From Antedon mediterranea (lineage: Eukaryota > Animalia > Echinodermata), in NCBI RefSeq assembly GCF_964355755.1, contig NC_092670.1, positions 4,268,201 to 4,332,200 on the forward strand: DNA of 64,000 nt. The letters are read 5' to 3'. The stretch's first letter is position 1; every line of letters starts with the position of its first letter. The position numbers and the translations under genes were made by a program. This document shows positions 1 through 15,000 of this stretch, one piece after another. A model generated the notes under the pieces. The model was not told the origin of the DNA, searched no databases, and saw only the letters and a list, made by a program, of their open reading frames with translations.

Positions 1-357
1 TAATGCAGTTTACTGTAGACTGCGTTCACACGTAGTGTACACTACAGCCAGCATGAGATTGGCGTGACAACGCAAGGGGTAAAGTAATCGACAGATTAAA
101 ATACTAAGGTGTTCACACATAATATGTCGTTTCTTCACAGAAGTCCAAGTTTCTTAAGTACAGTATTTGCAGTGGTTGATTTCCAAATCCTGCGTTCACA
201 GCTTTGCCAAATGACACTACAGTATGCTTTTGGCTATTATTACACTTTCTTACGATTATTTATGATTTCTTAATACGTCAGAGTAGGGCAAAACATCTGA
301 CCAATTACTCAATACAATGACGCAAAGCTACTCCACATTAGTTACAAAATTACAAAC

Positions 358-508
358 TGCCTTTCCTCTGGTGAAGGTAGGCACTGGACAAGAGAAGCCC
401 ATGATTAATGTTAGGACCAATCAAGGTGCTTTAAACAGTCCTGGCTTTGTATCAATCCTGTTAGTGGCGGTAATGTTGGTTTTGATTGAATAAAATAAAA
501 AAAAAAAC
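358..508 (+). mobile_element. 5'-truncated copy of the 5S-SINE body with A-rich tail
   Basis: tgcctttcctctggtgaaggtaggcactgga..gagaagccc..aaggtgct..cagtcctggctt matches 24209-24300. Confidence 0.7.
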
Positions 509-2902
509 TTTTATTTCATCCTAAAATTTTAATTTGCTTTCTAATCGAAGTGCAGAGAGCATCAAATTTATAATACTATACTATACAATTTTTCAAGCAA
601 TGCTGGAGGCTTTAATTAAGATGGGTAGCTGTCGTACATAACTCCAAAGAGGTGCAGGCAAAGGCGTAGGTTATGTAAGGTCTACGCCAGCCTTATTAAT
701 TTAATATACCCCATGGTTTACTTTTTTGCATCTGTGGTGTTTTTGTGATGATAAAAATTGCATCAGGGGGATTAACCTTTTTAGGGAAGGCTTCTGTTTT
801 AACTAGACCATGCAGATTAAGATTATGATGGTCAGAATACGGCCAGCACTTTTCATCCTGCACTATATCGATTTGATTTATTAACTTGAAATATCAGAGT
901 ATATAATGGTACAGATGGATATGCAGTATAGCAATAATTATTTAAATCAAATATATTACTGTATATTATATCATGTCATTAAATAACAGAGGTTATTGGT
1001 AACACATGTTTCAATTTGGTCTCTTTATACTTGAACCATTGAAAACATCAATAACTGGATTAACTTTGTTCCCAAAAGTATTACATGTACAGCCCAGAAG
1101 ACTTGACAGTTTTATGGTTCAAATACAATTGTTCTCTTCCCTTTCTTGCAAGAATACTTTTCAGTAGTCAGTCCTTTGACCTGCTCAAGTGAACCAGTAT
1201 AAAAAGATATTTTTGGTTTACTTGTTTAATTAAAGCCATACTTGTTATTTTTTTGTTTGAATTATATATTTGTTCCTTTTCAATTAATGTTTAATTTCCA
1301 AATGTGTTAAATTGCTGTTGTAAAAGTTTAAATTCTGCCATTTCTCAAATCAATAAACAGCTAGATGTATGTATATAATATAAGTACAATTTTGCAATAG
1401 GAGTTTATATAAGGAGAATATAATAATGATAATCACACTAAGGGGTTAACTCCCAATCTACTCCGCAGAAAATGAGTACCTTGTTGAGAAATACTAGGGA
1501 GGATCAGGCTACCCACCCTAAAACATTCCAAGGCTTAGTACAATTTGCTCATAACAGCTAATTTCCCTATGTTCAGAATGAATTTAGGACTCGCCTATAA
1601 GTAAGCCTACAGTAACATAGTAACATAGTTTTAAGAAAAAAATATGTTATTATCTACAAATATATAGGCCTGGAGACCGGAGATTCTTAGTGAGTTTAGA
1701 AAAGTACTTTTTATCATTTATTTCACACCAAGTTAAAGTGCCTGGACATGGAATTCTTTGAGGTAGTCATGGGAATATTATTGCTTTTATTGTTTCAACC
1801 AAAATACATGAAATTCACAAACAGAAAAACAAATTCCAAAGTTAATTTTTTTTTGTAGGAAATCCAATCATAAAATGTATCCCAGAAGAAATGATCAGGT
1901 TTATTCAATACCCCACTATTAGTTTTCTGTCATTTCATCATAATGTTCAATTTATACAAATTAATTCTGATTGCTACCACAGGCAGCAACATTTAGGGTT
2001 TTTAGAGAATTGCTTAGAACAGCTGTTTAGGTTCCTAAGCGTTCCATTGTTTACAATTCAGATGGGGGCAGTGATTCTTTCTTCCTAAACAAATACAGAA
2101 AGTATGTACATACCTACTTAGTATTTTAGTTTTATTTTTTCTATGTTGTTTGTATGTTTTCAATGCATTACAGTACATTCGATAGTGTTCCTTTGGAATT
2201 GAATGAATTCAGGACTTCTTCATACAAATCTTCATATTATTTAATAGTTTTTGTGAAAAGTGGGACTCCATTCGAAAATGAAATGAAATGAAAATTGTTC
2301 CCCCAAAAACATGAAAAATGAAGATTAATAAAAAAGACTTCCAATATTCCATTTGAATTAATAACTTTATACAAAAAAAACTATAAAAAAGTAATGTTTA
2401 GAAATAAATTGTTAGATTCAACTAAAAATGCATTGACAATTTTTTGCCTTAATTTACAGTTTTTTCGGCTAAATGTATAAAATATTTCATAAAATTATTC
2501 ATTTATTCATTTCCATTATTTGGGATAGTTGTACATCATATACAAAACAAAAATAAAAAATATCATCCAGGAAATTAACAATAACATCTTCGTTTAAAGA
2601 TTTGTATGTCGAAATCAAATATTGATTTGATTTGATTCAACAAAAACAATCTAAAATTTTAATTTGCACCAATGCTATACCGGTTGGATTGTGGAAGTAC
2701 ATTAACTAAATTGTTTTAATTAAACTATTACTGTCATGAATTCAGTTTTAAAACTATAAATAGAGTTTCTCCAATATTATATAGTATAATAGTTCAAACA
2801 GTAGGATATTGCATTGTGATTGGTGAAGAAATTCCCATATAAATAACAATTTTCTAAAAAAAAGAAGCTTCAAATGAAATAACAGTTTGATTTTGTTTGT
2901 AG

Positions 2903-3058
2903 GTCTTCCACAGTTGAATAATAGTCTTCAAGATGTCCAAGTGCGGTGGTTGGTTAATGCAAGCGTTATCAAGGAAGAAACATACATTGTTACAAATCAG
3001 ACAATTTTATTAGTTGCGGTTACACACCGATTCCAGCAACAAGGATTATATGTAATAG
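2903..3058 (+). CDS. PKD1L1: PKD1L1-like exon 1 in window (PKD repeat)
   Basis: tttgtag acceptor, g|gtaagt donor; VRWLVN..THRFQQQGLYVI joins exon 2 in phase 1. Confidence 0.75.
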
Positions 3059-6000
3059 GTAAGTTGATAGTGTTTAAATAAATATACGAAAGAATAGAAT
3101 CCAAGTTTCTGTTCGCACACACACATTCGCAATCTAGATACTAATGATCACTGGTATCATTTTACGTTCATGTTAAACTTAACTTAAAGCGTACCCTTGT
3201 GTTTTCCTTTTTTAAATGTAACATGTAAAAACAACAAACATCAAAGAAAACGTGACACGTTTTGAATTGTATAATTATTATTGTTTGCATAATTTCCAGT
3301 GAACATTCTTACGATTTTGCTTTTTATTTTTCCTCTATTTGCAATTGATTGTTTTTAATAAGGCTCAATTATCACAGAGGTTTAATAAAGCGTCAAAACA
3401 GATCCGGTGGAAATGTTAACTGGTAGGCTACAAATCTTTTCAAATGTTACTCATGTGACTATAGCCATGATTGCATTGGAGTTACGTACATATGTGTCAG
3501 TTTAAATTAAACATTCATACAAATAATAAAAGGTGATTGGCTATTAATGAAACAAACGTCAAATCTCTTAAACCATTATACGTTTGCGATCTGGATAAAC
3601 CTATCCTGATAGGCCAAACAGGATTGAGGTATTGGAATAAGCGTTCTCGGACAGGCTGTGATTGGTTAGGCTAATGGATAGTTCCCAATCTGGATTACAG
3701 TCCGCAAGTGTGAACCAGGCCGGTATTATGTTGATTTTATTTTTGAAGCATAATAATATAAACCAATATTTATGTATAGCTATGCCAAAATAGCATTCTC
3801 AAGCTTAAGGTAAAGAGTAACTGTGCTTGCATTCTTTAAACAGTTGTTTTTGTTATATCTAGCTGGGCTCATCTATAATTATCTTCTTACCACCTGTGTT
3901 TCTTTATCAAATGGATTTATCCAATTATATTATGTACAAAATTTGCACCTTAGCAGAACCACAAAATAAAATAATTTTATTGCCATAATTATTTTTGTTA
4001 GAGTTCAAACAAGATGTTTGGTGATGTAAAATATTGGGCACAAAATGAAATAAACATCACTGCTTGAATCCAGCTGAGAAGCAATAAAAAAAAGTTTAAC
4101 TCCATACTATAATTAGAGTTTGTGGTAAAGTGGTGTGTAACTTTAGATAGATATTCTCAATCCTTTTCATATTACAGCATTATATTTAAATTATAACAAA
4201 TTATTTATATCATCAATAATAATAATACTGTATTAAAACTACGTTTATTTTAACTATGTGACGTATGGCAGGTAATACAATAATTAAAGATGAATATAGA
4301 TTTAGTGCCAGATCTATCAAACTTGCTTAACAAAAATTTGTCTTAACTTAAAAGATGTATTGTCCCCAAAAAACATGAAAAATAAAGATTAATAAAATCA
4401 GATTTTGAATAGGCCATTTGGTAGTTTAATAAAGTTAAATCACTTCGGCAGAAAAAATAATAAATTCAACCAAAAACCCATTGGCTGACCAATTTGACTA
4501 TTTTTACAATTTTTGGTCAAGGTGGAACATCAAAATAATTGGGAAAAAATTGTTTATGCTTTAAATTAATTTTGCTTAAGTCAAATTTATTAACAATTCT
4601 TAAATCTAAGATGAAAAATGTTGTTTTATTATCTCATTTCTGCACAACAAAATATTGTATCTGTACTCTGTACTTGCACATACATACGTACTCAATAGTA
4701 AATGTACTAGTACTGTTCTCAGAAACTATAATAGACCTTGCTGCCTGATCAGTGCAAGTGGTTAGACACTAAGGTGAAATTATCTTGAGCCAAAATGGCA
4801 AATTCAAGATCGAAGGGGTGTTCAAAATTAAATATTGACTGTTCGACTGGAAAAAGAAAATTAATTTATTTAGAAAAAAAAACCAAATTTTTTTTTAAAC
4901 TGTTAGTGTATAGTATATATACAGTACAATCCATCAGTATTTGTACTTTCTAGAATTAAAAGAAAATAAACATCACACTTTTTTGGCATAACTAGTTTGA
5001 TAGTGTAGACAGAGCTTAAGGTGAAATGATATTGAGCCAAAAAAAACAGACTATAGTTATTTGTCCAGATTTAATTATTTAATGTACTAGTTTGTAACAT
5101 GCAAACATTCATTATTTTTGTTTATATTTTTAATCGTAGTTTCATCAAGCGCTAACAGGACATTCTTTTACCTACAATAAATGTCAAGTCGCGACATTTA
5201 AAAACAAATTTGCGTCCTGTTGTTTTTGTTCGTGATCTTACAATGTACAATCGTCGCGTTTAATCACAACCACATATGGATATTGTCAATAATTATGTGT
5301 TTGATTTGGCTGAGAAATGGAAAAAATTAAATTATTTGTGAGGTAACAGTTTACATGGCACCCTTTTAATTAGGTTTCTGTGTATGATTAATTTTAGAAA
5401 TGAGGATCGTGCCCTGAATATTGTCTCCGGATTTGACGATCATCCAAAAAGTCATGCACAGACAAAATAGTGATTGCAGTTTGTTAACCCGTAGTAATAG
5501 TCAATGAACTAAATATGCCTAGTCGTCCAGCCTTGCACCTGAATGTAACTAATACGCCCTGCAGCCCTCCTCTATTGGTCTTCCCCAGGTGTATCCTGGC
5601 CATTGGCATAAATAGCCCAGGTGAACCATGCAGATAAATTCAATTTACCACATTTTTTACTTCTAGTCCAATTTTCTCAATCTACTTTTTTAGCCAATGA
5701 ATGACTTGGGCTATCTATCAAACTAGAAACAATGGAGACCAGCATGTGGCTATTGAAACCTGAATCCAAAACTTTTTTGTCTCTTTTCTATTGGTGTACT
5801 TCAATTACTAAACTAACTACTATCTGGCACCTACATAAGCTGGATTTAGTGTGGTGGAAAGTTAGTTTGGATGCGGAACTTATTGAAATGACAGTCTATT
5901 AAAGTGTTGAAATCATATATGTAAACTTAACGCTACTATGATGCATATCTATAAGTTGTTTGTTTTACTTGTTTGTTTGGAACTTTTTGGAATATTATCT

Positions 6001-9000
6001 TGTACATGTAAGTCTTATTTAATACAAAATTAAATTAATTTAATGGATGTACAGTATGCATAAAACTGCATTATTACGATCATGGAAGTTTATGAGTGAA
6101 TGAGAAAATAGTTTGATGAGTTGAATGGTTGATTTAAAACCAAAGTTGAATAGGATAGTCAGATTTTCAATGAATTATATATTCTTCCTATTCAATGAAT
6201 ACAAAAGTCATTATTTTTTGTATAATACATTTCTGTTCTAGGGTAATTTTTTTTTAAATTAATCAACCGTGTTCTATCTTGTCAAAAATATTTTGTACAA
6301 CTCATATTTTGTGGAGAAAAATTTTTTTTATTATTTCTTTAAAAATTGGTACCTTCAATCATTTAAGTGTGAGAAATTAATGCATGCACTTGCACATGAT
6401 ATATAATGAACCATTCAAATTACAAGTATGCACAATTACTCATATGCTTTGTAACATATAATTAACAGTGTTTAACAAACATCAAAATAAACAAATAAAA
6501 TAAATGCAAACATGATTATTTTCTGTTGTAATTAATGTCTTTGTATTAAAGTGAATGTAGTTTTAATAACTTCAGTAGTTGCTTTTATTACAAATTCTTA
6601 CTCGTAATTTTTTATTTGTAGCCCATGAAGTGATGGATATATCAAAACTAAATACATAATTCTATAAAGCTATATGTATTTATTATGTAGTAAGAGTTTT
6701 TGATGAAGCTTTGTTTGAATTAAGCACTGTAGAAACAAATACAGTTTTGTTTGTTTTACACTCCATATTAAGTTTATTTTGTTGAAGGTTGCAATTTTAA
6801 TTAATCTACTTTTTTTTAAACACCAACAGTGATTTATTTCTATTTAAAGTACCGAATTAGTACAGTATGTAGTTTCGTTTCGTTTCGTTTATTTATTTAA
6901 TAGTAAAAAATGTAGTAAAATAATAGAGTTATGAAAAGTAAAATTACAAAAATGATTTTTAGAAGAATATCTTCATATTAGAAAAAACTACTTGTTTTGA
7001 TGTTGTGCTCGTTTATTTTAATGATGTATGTGTGGTTCTCAATTGTTAATGTTATTTTATGCTATCTTTTTAAAACATTTTAAATATTTTAATTACCTTT
7101 TAATAATGTAAAAAATTGTCACAATTCAGTTTTTCTGTGAAGATAATTTTAATAAATATACCATTATGAATGAATGAATGAATGAAAAGAATTGTATTTA
7201 TAGAAGCCTGCTGAGAAACTACTTATGTGTATAAACATTGTGTCTGCTATAAAGGAATATGCAAAACTACCAAACTTATCTGGAGTTATAATTTAACACT
7301 TTTTAAAAAGAAAAATCAACTAATAATTAAGAATAAATTGTTTTATTTTAAATAGGAAGTCTGCTGAAAAACTATTTTGTATAAACATTGCTATTAAAAT
7401 GGAATATGCAAAAAAGTTCCCATTAAAGATATCTTAACATACCAACAAGATTAACGAACAAAATAAAAATTTAACGCAATTATCATGAAAATAAAAGTAT
7501 TTACTATAATTATGAATAAATTTAATTGATACTCAATCAATTTCAAATCAATTTACTTTTTTTATCAGTAAAATGAAAATATATTGAGTGTATTTCATAG
7601 AAGTTAAAAATAATAATATATAAAACATTGGGTTAAAAGTACAGTATAAAAATAGTTAGGAGCACTTGCATGTATGTTCACTATTAAAATCTTCATCTTA
7701 AATTGATATTGGAATTTAATTCATTAAATAAAATTATAATATAATTGATTTTGGTTAATTTTCATATATTAATCGTACTGCTCTCTTTTAATTCTCAGAT
7801 GTTGAAGTTGAAAATCGTATCTCAACATCAAGCAGGAGCATCAATCTTACAGTTGTAGAACCTGCTCCAAGAAATTTGCAAGTACTGTTAAAAGCAAGCC
7901 CCGATTCAGTCCCATCATGCATCCCGGTGGAAGATTCTTTTCCCGTCAACTTGCCGTCTGTGGCAGTTTTTTTGAATGAAGAAGTTACCCTACAGGCATC
8001 GGTATCGATGGGAACTAACTTAACGTTTGTTTGGGAGTTTGAAGATGGCTCCACGTTCGTAGTGTCACCATATTTAGTAGAGTTAGAATGTTTGAGAATT
8101 ACATGCATGCAGCAACATATAAAGGTGAGACTTAAGGAATGCACTTTTTCTTTCTTACACGAATGAAAGCTCGTCTCCAACAGGCCTACCTACGCACTTT
8201 TGTAACCCATATTATTTTGATCAGAACAGGTAACTGTTTCATGGTGAGTTGGTTTAGCACCTGCTACAATAACTTACCTTGTCTTTCCCTCCACGTCATG
8301 TTAATTCTTGAATTCTTGGAAATATAAACATTTTTATTTATTTATATTCACACAATCTAATGAAAAATTACCAAAACCTTTTTCCAAAGATTCTATCAAA
8401 TATAATACTATTTTTTTGATAATTATTATTATTATCTTGCTAGATTTGTAAAGTGTGTAAAAGTTAAAATTTCATGTTTGGCTCATTAATAAATTGACAC
8501 AATTAAGTCATTATCTTTTTATAACATTTAAAAGTTAATTGATATAGGACTGGCTATGACTGTCACATTTATATAATGCACTTTAGAAAAAGTCAATCGA
8601 CTTTTCCAATTTTAGCCGCCGATGACGTAGTTAGTTTAGCGATTTAAATTGTTAGTCATTATAACAGTAGGGTAGCTGTAATTTATACTACTATTAAGGT
8701 TGTTCAATTCATTGAAAACAACTTTAGGATATCGGCCAAAAGTCAGCAAGAATGCTGTGCTATAAATTAATTGATGTTTAATGATATTAGGTCAAGTGGT
8801 TCTTGATTACCCTTTAGTATTCATGACTAATTCCTTAATTTGTTCTGACAGTTTCCCAAGAAAACGATCCCAACTATATTGTTTTAAATCAGTAATTTGC
8901 AGTATTTTATAACGGACACAATTTGCTATAAATTTGAAATATTCCAAAAATGACTAGTTTTTAAAACTCTTCCACTGTGCAGAAAGTTTTAAAAGAAAAG

Positions 9001-12000
9001 TGTGATTATTTTTGAATTGTTTACGGTAATTTAAAGTCGGGAAAAAGTTACATTTGTGTAATTTTGTTGGAATTTACAACCTGGCAGCCATCGGATTTGA
9101 TGTTTTTCAGTTTTATTGCCATCACAAACGCTATGTTGTTGATAAAGCTTGATCAAATTTATCGGTACATTTCTTTCTAATTTATAATATATTGCTAGAT
9201 AAATCCACCACTTAAAGGGACATTCCACTTAAAGGGACATTCCACTTTTAAATTGTCTATTGTGTATAACATAAACATTTTTAGAAAATAGATATAATTG
9301 ATTTATATGAAACAAAAAACATTTTATTTTTAAATATTCACATTTTGGAATACATCCATGACATGTCCAAGATTGAATGCAAATGTTATAAATGTTTTAA
9401 AATCTTGGATCTGTCATGTTGATATGAATTGAATACAATACAATTTTCTAATACTGTAAAACAAAATTAGGAATATTTAGAAGGTAATTTCTTCTTGACA
9501 CACAAATTACTTACATCACATTATGGTTTAAATGTACTTCATGAAAGTAGTTCATAGTTGAGACTGTCTGTCCTGCATCATTTTGATTTAGTTTTAATAC
9601 AAAAACCTCATTAATTGCCAGTTTGTGTCTTATCAGTGTTAACATTTAGGCAATTATTATATCCACAACATATCATTTGAAAATGAGTTTGTGATTACTT
9701 TCATATGTGTGAGATGTCAGGAAGTACAGTATGAATTCCCCCATTCTAAATAATGAAATACATTTTGATGAGCGAGACATGAATAAAACTGCCTTTGTGT
9801 GGCGTAATATATCATTGATATATTTTCTATGGTACCACAATCAAAAACAATTTGTATTAAATTAAATGGCAATGATAAGAAAGATATGCAGTGTTAAACT
9901 GGCAGGAAGGAGGAACACAAAGGAGATCATGGAATGGTATGGTATGAGAGGTAGCTTGAGATGGATAGGACATATTCTAAGAAAAGATGAAGATGAACCA
10001 ATAAATAGAGCTTGGAATTTAGTTGGAAGAAGAAGAGAAAGAGGATGACCAAAGATGAGGTTGAAAGATATGGTAAAGAAAGAATGCGGGAAAGTTTGGA
10101 GGAACATAATGCGGGAGACGGTAGAGATGGTGTAGCAGCCTGGAATGAGTGACTGTCCGTAACCCCTTGGAAGACTGAGGGAGAAAGCCGAGTCAAATAA
10201 AAGATGATGATGATGTATTTTACTATCTAAGACATCCTGTAATTGGATCACATCCAGTATCAAAAGAGGAAAAATCCAGATAGCAATCTTCTTCTGGATA
10301 TAATTGAGTGTTCACATCCAAACTTGTGGTGATATCATAACACGTCATTACAGTGTTGGTATTTCACAATTTGTTTGTTGTTTTTTTGTATGATGCATTT
10401 TTTAAATACTGTTTAAATTTTTCAGATCACATAAGTAGATTAACAAAGTACTACAGTACGTTGGTAAACCTGCAGGCAAACAATTGACACTTTTCAAAAT
10501 GCCACGAGATATGACAAAGTGATTGTTGTTGTTAGTACAAGTTCATTATGTGGAGCTGTGCTAGTGACAAGATCTATAGCTACTGTGCTAGTTCATTCAG
10601 ATTTTTCGCAGTAGGAGTAGCAAAACTGTTAACTTTTATTAAATTTTAATAGCACTCAGCAGATACTAATTAGAGGAAGAAAAGAGCCTTGAGACTTAAG
10701 TGCAATGAACTGTGCTTAGGTTGTGTAGAAGTCAAGTTTTCTATTGGCCATTCGCTTCAGCTTTTTCTTTTTAAATTTCAGTGCCAAGATTTAGATTAAC
10801 TTATTATTATTATTGCATCCCTTTACCGTAGGAGGTTATGTTTTCAGCCCTGTATGTTTGTCGTTTTTTTTGTTCGTTTGTGAGTTTGTTTGTGAATAAC
10901 TTAGAGGCCACAGTTTTTATCCAAATCTGAACAAATACAATGATCTATCTACTCAAAACCCCATCATAGTTAGATATAGGGGTGGATCAAATGATTCTAG
11001 GAAAACCATAATAATCATTGAGTCAAGTGGTTGAGTGGCAGGAAGGGGAATTGCAAACCATAGCTATACAATCTACACAGGTTCAAGACACTCCTCGACC
11101 ATTGTTCTGGTGGTAGAAAAGTTATCTCGAATAAGGACTTAAAATGGAGGTCCAGTGTACACATCTGGCTTATGTGCACTTTGTTTGTTGAATTTTAATT
11201 CACTTTAAAGAACCCAGTTGTTGTTGTGGACAGACGAATGAGCGCCATATGGTGGCAGCAGTAATTTAACTTACTTTAAAAGAGGTGAAACTTAATGTAA
11301 ACATTTAAATTCAGACAGTGTTTACTTGATACATAAAAGTAATAAGTATAATCTATCATGAAATATATAATTCACTCAAATACTGCTTTTAGATTTTAAA
11401 AAAATGTATTGTAGTATGTTTGATTATAAATTTTTGTATTTATGCAGAATCATACATTTACTACAGAAGGAGTAGAAAAAGTGAAAGTGAATGTTTCAAA
11501 CTCTTTGGGCAGTCTAACGCAGGAGCTTTATGTGGTAAGGGTAATGTTTGATTATTAGGCTTTCGGTATTCAAAGTTTTACTGATTCAACCATAACAATT
11601 TCAGCCGTTAAAAATTGTCTGTTTTTCGTTTTTTTTGTATATTTTTTTTCTATAATCGTTTATTTTTCTTTTGAAGGTTGTTGTAAAGAGGCAATTGAGC
11701 AATTTAAGTGTGAGCGTGGATGATCCATTGTCGTCATACTTTATCAAGCCAAATACGGTTGTCACATTCTCGTTAAATTTATTTACTACAGCGCGTCAAC
11801 ACACTTATCTTGAGATAGACTTTGGTGACGGTAGGAGATTTAACTCAAGTCTTCAAGAAGAAAACAACACGTTTATCGTAAGGGAATATTCTGAGTCTGC
11901 TCCAAATCTTCGTTTGGTGGCAGATTATGGTGAAGGCTGTACTCTATATATTTCTTTTCAACATAAATATCAGAACTCTGGCGTTTATAGCGTGACAAGT

Positions 12001-15000
12001 GCAGTTTCGAGCAAAGATATGATATTGAAAAAGAGCTTGGAAAAACCAATTATAATCCAGAATGTCATATCTAATTCACATTTAGTAGCGAACTCATCAT
12101 ATGCCATTGGGTCTGTGAGTAAGTTCTTTGTAATGTTGACACCATCATTTAATAATACATCATCAAATTATGCAAATACCACTTTCTTTTGGGAACTGTC
12201 TTTGCAAAATTCAAGTATTGTAACAGATTACACAAGAGAGCCATTTTTCACAGAAGTTTTTACAGAAGTTGGACGGTATTCTTTATCCGTGAATGTTTCA
12301 AATCTTGTGAGTTTTGACTATACTAAAGAGTACTTCATCGTTCAAGAACCAATAGAAGAACTACTTATCAACACGACTACTCCTGACTTTATTTCATTGG
12401 GTGGTATCGTCCACGTAGTAGCATCTATAAAAAAGGGAACAAACGTAACATTTAGATGGGACTTTGGAGAAATGGATGTTTACGTGACTCCGAGTCCAGT
12501 TACCTTAGCAAATCGCTACCAGGAAAGATCTACTGCAAACTATACGTATTGGGAAGTAGGTACATATGCTATCACTGTCACAGCAAACAATTTAGTAAGC
12601 CAAAATGAAGCAACGTTATCAAATGTTATTACCGTTGAGCAACAAGTTTCTGGGTTTAGTCTTAAGGAGATTCTACCGACGATCTTAGGCGATACGACGG
12701 AGATATTTGCAGTTTTAAAGGAAGGTACACACGTCAGGTTCACCATTGATATTGGAAGAGGTGCTGCAGAGAGTGTGACAGCCTCAGAAGTAGATGATGG
12801 TTTTTTTAAGTTTGACTATGTTTTTAACGTGTCCGGTGTTTATCATGTTGTTATTACTGCCTTCAATGATGTTTCATTTGCTTCTGATGAATTGAGTGTT
12901 ATTGTACAAGCTAACATTGATGACATTCAAGTTATAGTAAATTCAGATGTTATTATTCATCAAGTAAGCCAGTTTTTAGTAAAGAACAACAATGGTAAGA
13001 ATTACTGTTTTTCTTCTTATTTCTCCTTCTATTAAATGAATACCTAGTTAAAAGTGCTAATAAAATTTGTCACCAGTTGTCAAAAAACTTTATTTAATTG
13101 CAAAAATTAATTTACATTGTATTGTTAAGTAATTGTGATCACTTAACAGTAAATCTTATTTTTACTTTGTTTTCTTTTCTATAAGGTTATAAGTATCAAA
13201 GTATTAGTGATAATAATGATAACATTGAACATAAAAGAATAAATCTATATTAATACATTATTTATGATATTTGATAATATTTTATGCAAATGATTTTAGG
13301 GGAGATACTGGATCGATCAGATTTACTTTACCAGTGGACAGTTGATGCTAAAAACTTAAGCTCTGCGCTACCGTTTTTTACTTACACATTTCATACAACT
13401 GGTTTGTTTGAACTAGAGGTTCTGGTCAGTAATCTAGGTAAGCACTATTACAAAAAGAAAACTGTATTAAATGCTACTGTATAATTAGAACAAGGACATA
13501 AAATTAGGTTTAGTGTTTGTAAGATTTGGTTTAAAATTAACGATGTATTGTCCCCCAAAAACATGAAAAAAAAAAATTAATTTAAAAAAAGCTTTGAATA
13601 TTGAATTTTGCAGGTTTAAAAAAGTTAATCAAAAACCCATTGACTTCCAGTCAATTTGGCATTTGAAAAAAATATTTTTTCAGGGGACAATATATCTTTA
13701 AATACAGCATTGAAGATTTCTACCAAAATAAAATGGTGTTTTTTTTTTGTCAATTTTCTTTTCAGTTGCAACTAAAAAATTATCTGTAAATGTTGAGGTG
13801 TTGAATACTGTAGCGCCAGTCGTGATTTACCATTCATATTTTGTGGAGGCAAAACATCCAGTTTTATTCCAGTTAATGGTAAGATTAATTCTAAAATGAT
13901 ACTGGTACTGGTACTGGTTCAAATAACCGTCTCACAGAGACTTGCTTAGAATGACATTAAAATTAAATAAAGACATACATAGAATTTGAACACATAACTA
14001 TAATGAAAACCTTTACATAACCTTCATTTCTGAAAAAAGTAGGTCTCCAAATATGAATATTCAAAGAAAAGTTGGACCACAGCTTTGTCTGCTGTATCAC
14101 TCATTTTGCATCGTTGCAGCCAGAGGAGATGAACAAAATACAGACAGTATACAGTATACCAAAGTGAAAATATATACTTTATAGACATGAAAAGTCACGT
14201 AGGTGGACAGGTGGACTTGTCTAAGTAACCAAAACATCTTGGTAGTTAAATGTTTGCATTGTTTTTGTGTTAATTCTGCCCTTGGCATCAGTCTTATCAC
14301 TTCACATGAAACAGGTAGGTAGTCCAAACCAAAGTTTGTCTATAAAGTGCAAATAATATTAATAATATCTGAAGGTGGATGCAGAAATGTACAGAATATT
14401 GCTTAAGCATTGACATGTATTTATTTATTTATTTCTTTATTCGAATTCACAAAAACACAACATATAAAAACAAAGAATGAATTCAGGGTAACACAAAAAA
14501 GTAACCAAAGGTCTAACTTATTTCCATTGTGACCCTTAAGGATAAAAACACCATAAGAATAAACATTTACAATAAACTATTATAACACATGTAGTAACAA
14601 TATAAATATAAATTATAATCTTTCAAGCATAACCTCTTTGAGATGTTTCCTGATATTTCTTTTGAATTGATTGATGGTTTCTGAACACTGTATCAATTTT
14701 GGCAGGTGATTCCATAACGTTATTGCCGTGTTAACAAAGGTTGTTTGGGAGTGGTTACCTATATATGGTCTATAAATTGATTGAGTTGCAAATCTAGTAT
14801 TGTACTGGTGAATTACATTTGCTCTACAAATACCATCATTCATAAATGTAGGGCTTAATCCGTTAATAATATGATACATGTTACAAAAGTTTTATCTGTT
14901 TAACTCTTAAATCTACTGGGAGCCAATTCAGTTTGTTTAATTCATTAGCCCCAATGTGATCCCTTGGTTCCAGACTAAGAATATATAACAGAGCACAACA

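Noticed and set aside
7788-8180. 130-aa minus-strand ORF and similar antisense ORFs (12540, 19221, 19787, 36512, 41866, 44221)
   Set aside because: Shadow frames of real plus-strand exons.
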